The notes: a model not told the origin generated them from the sequence alone. 63,995 nucleotides of DNA, filler included, from Octopus bimaculoides (GCF_001194135.2; 6 parts of 6 records of this genome joined end to end with filler, not necessarily neighbours in it), one strand, 5' to 3'. Positions 10,795 to 22,170 are shown, counted from the whole stretch's first letter. Translations and numbers: made by a program.

Positions 10795-11509
10795 GCATAT
10801 TCGGCATATCTTGCTTTATGAGTTCAATAATGGAAACAACGCAACGGAAAGTGCGAGGAATATTAATATAGTATATGGGGATCGGACAATAAGCGTAAGC
10901 CAGTATCAGCGGTGGTTCCAGGAATTCCGAGCCGGAAACTAGAGCCTAGAAGACGAGCTACGTCCTGGAAGATCTGTAGAGCTCGACGAGGACGCCTGCA
11001 AGCCTTGGTGAAACAAAATCCCACTGTAAGTGTTGTGGAACTAGTAAACAAGCTTGGATTAGGTCATTCAACTATTCACTGATACTTGCGTGCCATCGGA
11101 AAAGTCAGCAAATTGGGTCAATGGGTTCCTCACAAACTTTCCTAGTCTAATCACGTGCAGATTGTGAATGTGTGCTCTGCCTTGCTGTCATGTCTCACGA
11201 ATGAACTTTTTTTATCCCACCCACTATATTCGCTGGACATTGCCCCATCTGATAATCAGTTATTTCGCAGTCTTCAAAATCATTTCGACGGAAAAATATG
11301 AATTCTCTAGACGAAATCAGAACAGAACTGCGGGAGTATTTTTCGTCACGGACAAGTGAATTTTGGAAGAGGGGCCTTAAAAGTCTACCAGATAGATGGA
11401 AGAGTATTGTAGAAAATGAAGATGAGTATGATTTAGATTAAAAAGGAACTTTATATTAATTTTGAAAAGTAGTATTAAAAAATTGCATTATTTATGGGAC
11501 GATCCAATA
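10795..11509 (+). mobile_element. mariner transposon, internally deleted and defective
   Basis: HIRHILLYEF...SARNINIVYG...QRWFQEFRAGN*SLEDELRPGR...GKVSKLGQWVPHKL, then directly HPLYSLDIAPSD (the DD core between them is missing). The 3' TIR-like gcattatttatgggacgatccaata is followed by TA. Confidence 0.9.
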
Positions 11510-11593
11510 TATGAGTAAGCATTAACCTTTCGCCTAATTGAAACTTTAACGTACTTTGACTCATTGTCATGATATGTGTGTGTGCGTACGTGT

Positions 11594-11642
<49 letters not shown>

Positions 11643-12315
11643 CGTGCATGTATGTGTGTGTGTGTTCAGTACTGTAAACTGCAACTGTGAAATGTTATAT
11701 GTTATTAACAGTGTTAACGTATAAGGATGCTTAGTGTGAGCTAGTGGTGCTCTAATGCAAGCCAATCTCTTCTGAGTGTTTGCTATGGTGCCCTACGCAA
11801 GTCAGTCTGTTCTGACTGTCTGCCGCATCTGGATTGAACCAGCGCTATTTCTAATTGAAATATACGGATCATGTAGAAGAAACATGTATTATTTTTTACG
11901 ATACTTTGCATGTCTTAAATTTGGGTTTCAAAGTGTGAGGACATTGAACTGAATCGTTGCACTTGAAAGGGGTTAGCATTAACCTTTCACCTAAATAAAC
12001 TTTGGCGTACTTTAGTTCATTGTAGTGATAGTAAGTTAAAACTCATAGAAGATTTTGTATTTATTATCAGAAAAAAAGCCGTAAAATCGAAATTCGACGT
12101 CACAAAAGCAACAACAATAAATTATATAAGTTATCATTTATATGACGCTTAAAGATAGGCTGCTTCCGACCAAAGTTGATCGATAACTCAATAATGTCAG
12201 ATAGCATGTTTTGTTTCCGAAATTTCGTAAAAGTGCAAATTTAAAGAGGACAATAATTAATATTTGCAAAATGAAACAAAATGTGAGTAAAATGTCGTAA
12301 AAGTAGTGTGACGCA

Positions 12316-12707
12316 TTGTTGTTGTTGTTGGCACTCCGTCGCTTACGACGTCGAGGGTTCCAGTTGATCCGATCAACGGAACAGCCTGCTCGTGAAATTA
12401 ACGTGCAAGTGGCTGAGCACTCCACAGACACGTGTACCCTTAACGTAGTTCGTGGAGATATTCAGCGTGACACAGTGTGACAAGGCTGGTCCTTTGAAAT
12501 ACCGGTACAACAGAAACAGGAAGAAAGAGTGCGAGAAAGTTGTGGTGAAAGAGTACAGCAGGGTTCGCCACCATCCCCTGCCGGAACCTCGTGGAGCTTT
12601 AGGTGTTTTCACTCAATAAACACTCACAATGCCCGGTCTGGGAATCGAAACCGCGATCCTATGACCATGAGTCCACTGCTCTAACCACTGGACCATTGCG
12701 CCTTCAC
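12316..12707 (-). mobile_element. tRNA-derived SINE family B, full length, (AAC)n tail
   Basis: Reverse complement of 54123-54509 along its length. It has A box TGGTCCAGTGG and B box GGTTTCGATTCC. Imperfect TSD tagtgt(g/t)ac(g/a)ca..ttgtt at ~12304-12320 and ~12708-12726. Confidence 0.9.
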
Positions 12708-13224
12708 TAGTGTTACACATATTGTTCTTTAAAAAAAAGTCATTTCAAGTTATACGGGGAACTTTTACGGGGTAAAAGAAAATCAACATATGTGGTTAAG
12801 AATCGAGATATAGAAAACTAATGAATCGTTTAACATACTTTGTATTTAGATTATCTGAAGCAAAACTAGTCAACGACAGACTCTGACGGCATCTGTTCGT
12901 TATTTTTTGTCGGTTGATGAAGTATAAATAAATAAATTGTCAAATTTTAATATCTCTGGCAAATTATACTTTTCCCCTCGATAAGAAGCAATTTTATTAC
13001 GTTTAGAAACAAAGGCTGAAAATTAGTCCACTTCACAGCAAAGGGGCTAAAATACGATATGTACGTAATCATACATTCACATACGTGCTTCAGTGCATAT
13101 TTCAAAGATATTTAGCATCTTATCAAGCATATTTGCCTATTTAACTATCTATCTAGCTAGCTTTAAACTTATCACGTGTTATTCGTGTTACATTTACGTA
13201 CGTATGTATGCATGTATCTTTTAA

Positions 13225-13450
13225 TGTTAATCTTTTACTTGTTTCAGCCATTAGACTTCGGCCGTACTGGGGCACCGACTTGAAGAATTTTAGTTGAACG
13301 AATCGACGGCAGTACTTATATTTTAAGCCTGGAACTTATTTTATTCGTCTTTTGTCGAACCGCTACCTTACGGAGACGTAAACACACCAACACCAGTTGT
13401 CAAGCGGTGTTAGGGAACGAACACAGACACAGAGATACAGACTCACATAT
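13225..13450 (-). mobile_element. SINE family A, 3' half
   Basis: cttttacttgtttcagcc...ggggcaccgac...gaaccgctac...gacgtaaacacaccaacacc. Confidence 0.8.
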
Positions 13451-13578
13451 ATGTCGTCGTATATATANNNNNNNNNNNNATATATATATATATATAGGTA
13501 ATTATGTGAATAAAACAAATTAGACATATCAAATAAATTAAATATATAAATGTGTGTGTATTTGCGAGCGTGCGTGTA

Positions 13579-14150
13579 TATGGTGTCCCGAAATTAAGGC
13601 AACCGAAGTTTCGGCTTTAATAATTATCAATAAATGAGATAAGATATGAAAATTATACATCATTATAAAAGCTTTTTGTTTCAGACTAATTAAATTCAGA
13701 TTTATAAATTAGATAATGGTTATACACCGAAATACAATCATAACCCTCCACAAAGGTGGCGAAAGTAATACAGCCATAGTAAAACATCTTAAAATTAAGC
13801 GAACAACAATCTGGAAGTTTGTCAAGAAATTTCAAGAGACTGGTTCCACCGCTGGTCGACTTGGACGTAACCGTAAAAGAAGTGAGCGGTTCCCTCAGCT
13901 TATAAAAAGTACCAGAGAAAAGATGCAGCAAAATCCTCATCGTTCCGTCAGAAAACTGGCTGCTACAGCAAAAAAAAGTGCTGAAAGAAGATTTCAGGAT
14001 TCACACGAGCTCACGCAAGTTTATAAGGCCATGAGACTGGAGAGAAGTTGTCTTATGCTATGTCAGATTGCTGGAGGCATGCTGCCCAATCTGGTGTTTA
14101 CTGATGAAAAGAAGTTTGACATCGAACAGACAGTAAACCACCACTGCTGT
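13579..14150 (+). mobile_element. Tc1/mariner (maT/DD37D-like) transposon, 5' part, internally deleted
   Basis: TA-tggtgtcccgaaattaaggcaacc TIR-like start. ORF 13716-14159 has a paired-like HTH (TIWKFVKKFQETGSTAGRLGRNRKRS...NPHRSVRKLA) and the first catalytic Asp motif LVFTDEKKFDIEQ. Confidence 0.8.
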
Positions 14151-14402
14151 TCAAACTAGAATTTTGGTCTCACACCTATTTGAGCACTCAGAACGCATAC
14201 CTTTTAGTTTGAGTCATCCTGACGAAATCTCATATCCTCTATATCACTAGCCCTGTCATTCAGAGTACTTATAGCGTGTAGTGCGCAACATGAACAAGCA
14301 TTTCCTCGGCATCTCCTCAAGGATATACCCATTCCATTACAGAAAACTTATCTACTATATTTGCTAAGCAAAACTAACAACCTAATCCGGATATTGCGAT
14401 GC

Positions 14403-14512
14403 CCGCGGGCATATGGTGTAGTAGTTAAGACCGCAGGCTACTAACCTCAAGATTCTGAGTTCGATTCCAGGCAGTGACCTGAATAATAATAAGAAGAAGA
14501 AGAAGAAGAATA
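14403..14512 (+). mobile_element. short tRNA-derived SINE / tRNA pseudogene with (TAA/GAA)n tail
   Basis: A box TGGTGTAGTAG and B box GAGTTCGATTCC are present. The acceptor and T stems pair poorly, and a simple-repeat tail follows. Confidence 0.6.
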
Positions 14513-16989
14513 GCTACAATACCTCGAGTACCAACCACAGAAATAGACCTTCTGAGGCAAACCAACAAGATACAACTGCCCTTAATATTTCCCAGGAATC
14601 TAGAATATCTATGATCTCATTTATTAATCAATGCATTATAGGTACAAATGATTTCGATAATACTGAAAAATCGCCGAGAACTGGCTGGAGAGCACAACCC
14701 TAAACCCTACCGTGCCCTCTAATTGTACAACATCCATTCTGCATACGGGAAGCTCCTTCGTACCAGATAGATCTAGTTGCGACTTCAAATTTAGGAACGA
14801 ATGCCTTTTGCAAACTGATAGCAGATGGTTTTATGTTGTCTACAAATGCAAGTGTTACATGATGAACTTTTAGAAAAGTCTTGTACACTTTTATTGTTCC
14901 GCCTATCTATTGTATTTGTAAATAGATATGAGTTTGACACTTTCCTTTGCCACGAAATCCCTAGTTTTTGAGATGATCGCTTAAAAATTTATTAATATAG
15001 CCAAATGCATCTATAATTATAGACATAAATAGTATTTATATTCAAAGAGCAGATGGCTTCTACGACTATATATAATTTTACTTTTCTGTCCTAAACAATT
15101 ATATCAGTCTTCTTATGCTTGCATTTGCTGAAAGTTTTCACGGGACCGTGCCACCAATATTCCTTGTGTTGATATGTATATATTTATTCAATATCAGAAA
15201 TATTGTATTTGTTTCAGGGAATTCTCTCCCCCAGACGACATTGCAACAGCATGTCATAATTGGAGATAGTAACTTGACGACATTTCGAGGTAGCTACTAA
15301 TAACATGTGTTGTATCTTCTACAGTCCTTGAAATGCGAATGCATAATCGATGAAATGTGATAAGGTGTAACGGTCGAATACTATGTGTTAGTATGTATCT
15401 ATATATTTATTGCGAGATAAACCTCTGGAAAGTTTTACATAATTGTTTCAGTTCCATAAATAGTTAGAATTATAATTTCTTAACCAACCATGTCCGTTCC
15501 GATTTTGTAAAATCTAACTTTTAGAAAAAGGTGCTGAAACAATCAGATACATACCAAGTGCTCCTATAATCTCTGCTATAAATATAAAGTTATATTTCGG
15601 GTGTAGAATCAGCAGATTTAGCATTAATTGGGGATGGGTGTATTTTTTATCTTTAACATTATGTAAAGGTCTGTTGAACAGCTAATTCCAGCTATTAAGT
15701 ACAGTACCCTTTGTCTTTTCTTTCCCATATCATTCCCAGAGAAATGGGAAGCATGCGTTTTACAGATGGTTAGAATGAAACATTCACCGCTACTCTTTCC
15801 TGGTATTTGTCCTTTGTATCACTTTAATTTATATTTTATCTTCATGACTCTTTTCTGGTGTCATTATATCATGCCTTCGGGCCTCATATGTAGACCATAT
15901 CGTTATGACATTTTTAGACAACAGCCTATGATGTACATCGCATATTCAAATTTACATTGGACACCACATATAAATGCTCTAACGTCCCTAAACTTTTATT
16001 GAACGAATATAATGTTATTTCTTTTTTTTTTTTCTCAATTTCAAAAGTATGCTAATCAAAGTTAGAGCTAATGTACTAGTTGTTGGTCCAAGGTATATTA
16101 CTTTACTTATGCTGTTGTCAACGCAACGTTTTCTAAAATCATAGGCATGCATGGCTTTCTATTAATAGGAATTAAAGACTTTCACCTGATGTTTTGCGGT
16201 AAAGTCGATTCATACATTTGATTCATACACTCACTTCGATCTCCTTATATTCCTCTTAAGTAGAAGCGGTTAATATCTCTGGTAGTGATTAGTTGTTTCG
16301 GCTTTATTCACTAATGCTCTGAATCTTATCTAACATCCAATTACGTCAGCCATATGTTGGTTTCATCACTACTACAGGAATCAAACTGTATACAGAGAGC
16401 TTTGAGGTCCATATATATTGTTCGTATGGAAGTAGCATTCTTTGGCTAGGCTTTCCTTGTTATAAGAAACATTCTTTGTTGGTTACCAGCGAAGTAAACA
16501 TACTTTATAGATCAGCTATTTTTCACATTTTACAAAATCAAGTAGGAATGTTTATAATGGTGAAAGCGGTCCCTATATTCTTTAAAAATATCGTAACCAG
16601 TCCAAACATTTTTATCAAATTATTAACTCATTTACAAAAACTTTCAGATTGATCATAAACAAGCTATGTGTCAGCGATGTTTCTCTTTTCCGTTGAATCG
16701 ATTGTGTAAAAGTCGGATTTCCTAAACCGAAAGTATATAACATCTTCTATGCTTCCATGCATTCCCAAGGCTAAATCCGTTGCGTAATTCACTCTATTTT
16801 CGGTGAAATCCGATATGATCTAAACCCCAATTATCTTACTAACACACAAGCCATATGTCTTATTCATCCCCGACTTATAAATCTCTCAACCCTTACCTAT
16901 AGCCCATATTTATTGCCCATGCTACGCTCTCTTTACTCAAACACCTCTGTGAATGATAATGGCATAGATATATACATATTCCATTCAAG

Positions 16990-17365
16990 TCACCCTCCCC
17001 AATCTTTCAAATATATCTGCTTTCTCTACTTCCCACCTTCACCCAACAACTCTGCCACCATAACCATTCCTACATCGAAGACATTACTGTCCATTTTCCT
17101 CTTTCCACAGCAATTATCCTTGGTGTCTTCAACATTCACAACTGTTTTTGGCCCTTGGCCCTCACATTCCTCTTAATGAATAATTCAAAAGTTGTAAGCT
17201 GCAGATTTCTATATCAACTAGTTTCATTCTCCATCTGCATCTTTAACCGACACACAGGCACTCCAAAAACCATTAGGTCTTTATCTTAGCTCTAAACCCA
17301 ATATCTCCATCGCACTATTACGGCCACTGCACCAGTCGAGTCGTCCGTCCACTACCATATAGTGA
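16990..17365 (+). mobile_element. ancient LINE AP-endonuclease remnant (CR1/Jockey-group-like)
   Basis: KYICFLYFPPSPN...IEDITVHFPLSTAIILGVFNIHNCFW...LYQLV...TPKTIRSL...APVESSVH corresponds to the decayed APE motifs xLGDFNxH, LxQLV, LDL and SDH. Confidence 0.55.
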
Positions 17366-19004
17366 CTATCCACCACACATACACTTACCTGCCTGAATTA
17401 ATCGGATTGTATTTATCTAGTTCGTCTGGGTATTTGCTGTTTGCTGAATAATTACTAAAATGCAGACTGTCGTTTATTTTCTTACTAGGTAAACTAAAAT
17501 TTCAACAAGTCATTGTTTACTCTAGAGGTTTCGTGAGACATCTACAATGATCTCATTTTATTTCGGTGTTTTTATATTTATAATTATTTATTGTATATAA
17601 TAAAATAAGTACCAATCAAGTGGTGAGGTCGAGATAATCTCTATGTTCCTTCCAAAGTAAGTGTCTTTGAGTATATTTTTTTTTAAATATTCCTACTTAA
17701 TTTTCGAGAGCAGTGAATCGGCAGAAAGAATCCTGGGATAAAAATAAACACATTAGATGATGTGATCCTGAATACATTATATGACCGAGTGTTGCATTGA
17801 TGACTCTGATTATGGGTCTATTCCGTCTATGCTAACTGGGACTAAACAACGACATAATCATAAACAACATCAACAACTGGAATATTGATTTCTTATAAAA
17901 GTACAAGATTACAAGATCAAAATTTAACAAGCTAAGGAATTAAGCTTCTGCTGCTCCTCCTATACCATTTTGTATTGCATCAGAAATACAAAAGAAATTA
18001 TTCTAATCAAAACTGGAAGTTGCTTAAATTGGCGTCTGCAATACTATTCATGAGACCCAATAAAATACTGCACACACATCTAAAACATCACTCTTTTGGC
18101 TTCCCGCTCAAATATGCGCAAGCAACACTTGATTATTCCGCAACCTATGTAAACATTCCACTTAGGTCCACTTTATCCAAAGTATTCTTTTTTTTTTTTT
18201 CCTTCTTCTTTTCAAAGATTCTAGGGTATTATTTGAAGGGAAATTCGGCTGCTATTTCAAGCAGATCGAATTACCACTAAGATGATCCCAAGTTTTCGAC
18301 AAACGTCGAGCGAAAAGTTCAAACTTAACATCAGCGGTATCCACCTCACGAATGTGAGAAGGCCTAGAGGTATCATCAGTGATTTCCCTTCACCGATTCT
18401 ACTAAATAATAAGGGAGACTAGACCATAAAGTTAATACTCTTCACATGAAAATTAAACAATATAGACAAATCACAATCCATCGAAAGTTAGTTGAATAAG
18501 TCTTTCACCCTAATCACTTATCCAACTAACACCCTTTCGTACATGAAATGCATATTCGAAAACGTATTAAATTATACAATTAAAGTATTTGTAAGAGAAA
18601 ACATTTATCAGCGTCAGTTCCCATTCAGATTTCAGGTTGCATGAAAGTTAATAAAAATAAACAAAATCGATAATTTATTATATATAATTATTTTATCAAA
18701 TTATAATACTCATTAAGCTAAAAAGAGGTGGGTTTCTTTTTCTTCTCTTTTCTTTTTTTAATTTCAAATTCTTCAAACTTTTAGGATTTGATTAATTGAA
18801 ATAATTCAAAAGGAAGGTAAATATATGTCCCTGAAATTTGAACAAATTGTAAGATAAAACTACTTTGATTTGTTAGTTTCATTGCTTCCAATTTCCAATG
18901 TATTGTCACAGAATCAACTAGCTGGATTATCCAAATTTTCATTTTATAAAATATAACCAAGCAGAAGTTAAAAAAAAAAAAAAATACAACCGAAACATCC
19001 ACTG

Positions 19005-19010
19005 TTTAAT
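19005..19010 (-). terminator. candidate polyadenylation signal (ATTAAA) for the ANL gene
   Basis: About 120 nt past the stop, followed on the minus strand by GT-rich and then U-rich sequence. An alternative AATAAA lies at 18674-18679. Confidence 0.3.
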
Positions 19011-19127
19011 AATAAAGATTAAATGTTACTTTTTAAATTTTGTCTCTCATGCAGTGTCAAATTACGTTTGATACTTTAATGCACGTTTTATAGAAATATA
19101 TATTAGTTTGAAAATCTTAAATTGGTA

Positions 19128-20613
19128 TTAATTATTTTTAGAATCTTTAACTTTTTTAAGAGCCAAAGTTGTTATAGCCTTCCTGTCAAACTTACCACTA
19201 GCCAACGTCGGAAAAGACGGAAAATATAATATATAATCGGGATGCATCGATACACAATCAAAGCTTTTTGGCTGTGGCATTGTTTCTGTACAAAACGTTT
19301 TCAATTCGTCTTCATTGAAGTCGTGATCTGGTAGAATGGTAACACATGCGCACACACGTTCACCAACCTCCTCGTCAGGGATTGGTACAACAACCACAGC
19401 ATCTACACTCGGCTGACGTTCGACATAATCTTCAATAAGTTTAATTGATAACTTTACCGTACACTTTTTGATAAAATCTGTACTTCTTCCAATCATTATG
19501 ATGTCACCATCTTCAGTTAAGTAACAAATATCTGACGTTGAATACCATCCTTTTTCTAGACACGAGGTACCATCAAGAAATGTTTTCGTCGTCCACTTAC
19601 TTCGAAAATATAAATAGCCTGCCTTTCCAATATCCACAACTCTCTTCTCCTCGTCAACAATTTTGATTTCTGTCCCCTTAAACGGTAGACCCAGCATTCC
19701 CTGTCGATGTTGTGAAATGTTTTCTGGAGTAAAGAATCTACTGGATATAATCAAAGCTTCAGTGGTTCCATAAGCAATTACAAATTCATCTGCAATTTTA
19801 AAAGAATGCTCTATTGCATCATGTGTAAGCATATCTCCACCGGATAGTACCGTCTTTACACGAAATCCACGATTCCCAAGTCGTTTCAAGTCCTGTGGTG
19901 CAACACCCACAATAGTACATTTCTCTTGCTGCCATAGATTTACTACAAAATCGAAATTCTTCGTATCGTTCAACATTCCTACATCTCCAGTGACGTGTTT
20001 GGCTCCCTTGGTTAAGAGCAGCAAAGGATATCCTCCAATATATCCCATTGGTCGACCGCTAAATGCTACATCAACAGGAGAAATACTAGTGCTACTAAAA
20101 CACTCATCTGGTAAATTTATAATGTTGAAATGGCTGTGACAGATACGTTTAGGTACACCTGTGGTTCCAGAAGTCTGATTGATTACTGCAATATCTTCTG
20201 GGTCAATGTAAGGAAATTCAACTGCGACATCGTCACTTACCTCTGCCATCAATTTAGCAGCAGATAAAGCATTTGCTGGTCCATGTGTATTGGACACATC
20301 AATAGCAAATCTCAAATTGGGACACACTTCGCTAGATACTTTTCCATTATCGTTTATTTGTGCAATAGATAAGAAACTGTCCCAAATAGATTTAGAACCA
20401 AATACTACGGCACTACAACCTTCTATAACAGATTTCATATCTGCTAATCCAAACATTAATCTCATAGAATATGCTCCCGTCATCATGATTCCAACATCGT
20501 AGCTCATCCATTCCACACAGTTAGGAGCGCAAAATGCAATCTTCTCTCCTTTTTTAATTCCTAGTTTCATCAGTACTTTGGCAAACTTCACCGAATCATC
20601 ATACATTTCTTTT
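19128..20613 (-). CDS. ANL-superfamily adenylate-forming enzyme (acyl-CoA synthetase / 4CL / luciferase-like); terminal coding exon, ORF 492 aa from ATG 20606
   Basis: Uninterrupted ORF with P-loop QTSGTTGVPK (20148-20177), YGTTE, TSD (A7), GRSTDFIK (A8) and catalytic Lys in PTLASGKFDR (A10). A strong acceptor, ttgtttgtctttgcag|AAAAGAAATG, lies at 20614/20613, and the in-frame K-E precede M. The N-terminal segment typical of the family is not found, so an upstream exon is unresolved. Confidence 0.92.
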
Positions 20614-20914
20614 CTGCAAAGACAAACAACGTTATGAGTATGTAATGCTTCTTAAAATCAGTATTAGTCATATAACATAGAACTCACATTTACATATTCA
20701 ATTAAACGATCGCTATGTATTCATTACCTTGATTTTGAGAAAACTGTGCTCTTGACCTTTGTAAGTTATCCGAGACATCGAGCTCACTGCGGTTAATCTC
20801 TTGAACACTAGTAAGTGGATTGACACTCACACAGTCACATATCGAGGTTTGTATGAACACCATCATTTTCGTGGCACAAAATGATGTGGCGCCACGTCGT
20901 GTGTGATATTTTAC

Positions 20915-21105
20915 GAAGACCACCACCGCCGCTTGATAACCGGTGTTGGTCTGTTTATGTCCCCATAACATCGGTTCGGCAAAAAAGACCGATATAATAA
21001 GTACTAGGTTTAAAAAAATAAGTCCTCCTAGGGTTGATTTGTTCGACTAAAACCCTTTAAGGCGGTGCTCTACTATGGCTGCAGTCAAGTAACTGAAAGA
21101 AGACA
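20915..21105 (+). mobile_element. SINE family A, 3' half
   Basis: gcttgataaccggtgttggt...ggttcggcaaaa...aataagtactagg...ggcggtgctc...actgaaa. Confidence 0.8.
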
Positions 21106-21530
21106 GGCGGGCAATGCGATCAGTGAAGCATCCACTCTTGAGTTCTATAGAGGGTTAGTGGAGGGAAAGAGCGATGACGCACTTGGAGAAATGCTAGGAG
21201 TTGACGAAATCGAACTAACCAGTCTGCTCAGGAGGACTTTCGAGCCAGGGATGATGGATAACTTCCAGAAATCACTTACTTGGCCGTGCTACCAGGGGAC
21301 ACTGCCGGTTCGAGATAAACTCTACAGGCACGGAAGTGCTGTCAGAGTTATAACAATGAAAGTTCCCCTATTGGGGAACTTTCATTGTTATAATTTTTGT
21401 TGTATATCATTGTTATTCTTCTAATTGTGTATTTGTTGTTTCTGTGTAAAATCCCCACTATCCATGTCTACTGTATCGTGCTTTATATGTCGGACCTAGT
21501 GGCTAATAGATGAAATGATAATAATAATTA
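21105..21530 (+). mobile_element. Tx1/L1-like LINE 3' fragment (ORF2 C-terminus joined to 3' UTR, (TAA)n tail)
   Basis: LTSLLRRTFEPGMMDNFQKSLTWPCYQGTLPVRDKLYRHGSA matches the pre-CCHC (zf-RVT) segment. Coding similarity stops at a perfect hairpin, then a T-rich UTR and a tail follow. Confidence 0.7.
21348..21393. repeat. perfect 21-bp inverted repeat with 4-nt loop
   Basis: TTATAACAATGAAAGTTCCCC-tatt-GGGGAACTTTCATTGTTATAA. Confidence 0.97.
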
Positions 21531-21548
21531 TTATTATTATTATTATTG

Positions 21549-22170
21549 AGGCGGTGAGCTGGAAGAATCATTAGCAAACAGGGTAAAATGTTTTGCGGCA
21601 TTTTCTTCTTCCTGTTCTACCGAGGTCAACTTTACCTTTCGTCTTTTTTGGGGTCGATAAATTAAGTACCAATTTAGTGGGATCGATGTAATCGACTATC
21701 CCCTTCCCCCAAATTTCAGGCAGTGTGCCTACAGTAGAAAGAATTGTTATTATTATTATTATTATTATGGCAACCAGCAATCAGAATAGTTATGGCCTCG
21801 GACAAAATGCTTAGCGGCATTTCTTCCGGACTTTTACGTTCTGATTTTAAATGCGCTGAGGTCGTTTTTGCCTCTCGTCTTTTCGTGATCGATAAAATGA
21901 GTACCAGTTGAGGATTGGAACTGATGTAATCGATTAATCTCCTCCCCAAAATTCATTGTCGCTGTGCCAAAGTTAGAAACTAAGATAGCGAGCTGACAAA
22001 ATCCTTAGCATGCCGGGCAAAGCGCTTAACAATATTTCGTCCACCTTTCGTTCAGATTTTAGAGGCTGCCGAAGTTGACTTTTGCACCTCATCGTTTCGG
22101 AGTCGATATAACTACCAGATGAACATTGTGGTCGATATAATCGACTTCATCATCCATCAAATTTGCTAGC
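21549..22170 (+). mobile_element. three head-to-tail copies of SINE family D
   Basis: Each copy has (ggtgagctgg)cagaatcgttagc...aaatgcttagcggcattt...gaggtcgactttgcctttcatcctttcggggtcgataaa...gtacca...gatgtaatcgact. Starts are near 21549, 21770 and 21983. Confidence 0.85.

Noticed and set aside
6922-10942. Long ORFs (250-580 aa) in the ORF track, here and at other gaps
   Set aside because: They are open only because they run through N-gaps. The real residues are TE fragments or microsatellite translations.
14403-14480. Possible tRNA gene with apparent ACT anticodon
   Set aside because: Acceptor and T stems do not pair properly, the anticodon is atypical for eukaryotes, and a simple-repeat tail follows. 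It is treated as a SINE or pseudogene.
15219-15289. Exon-like segment (tttcag|...|gtagct) encoding HVIIGDSNL, a GDS(L)-like motif
   Set aside because: It is a single short motif with a weak donor and no partner exons or further SGNH blocks. It is compatible with chance.
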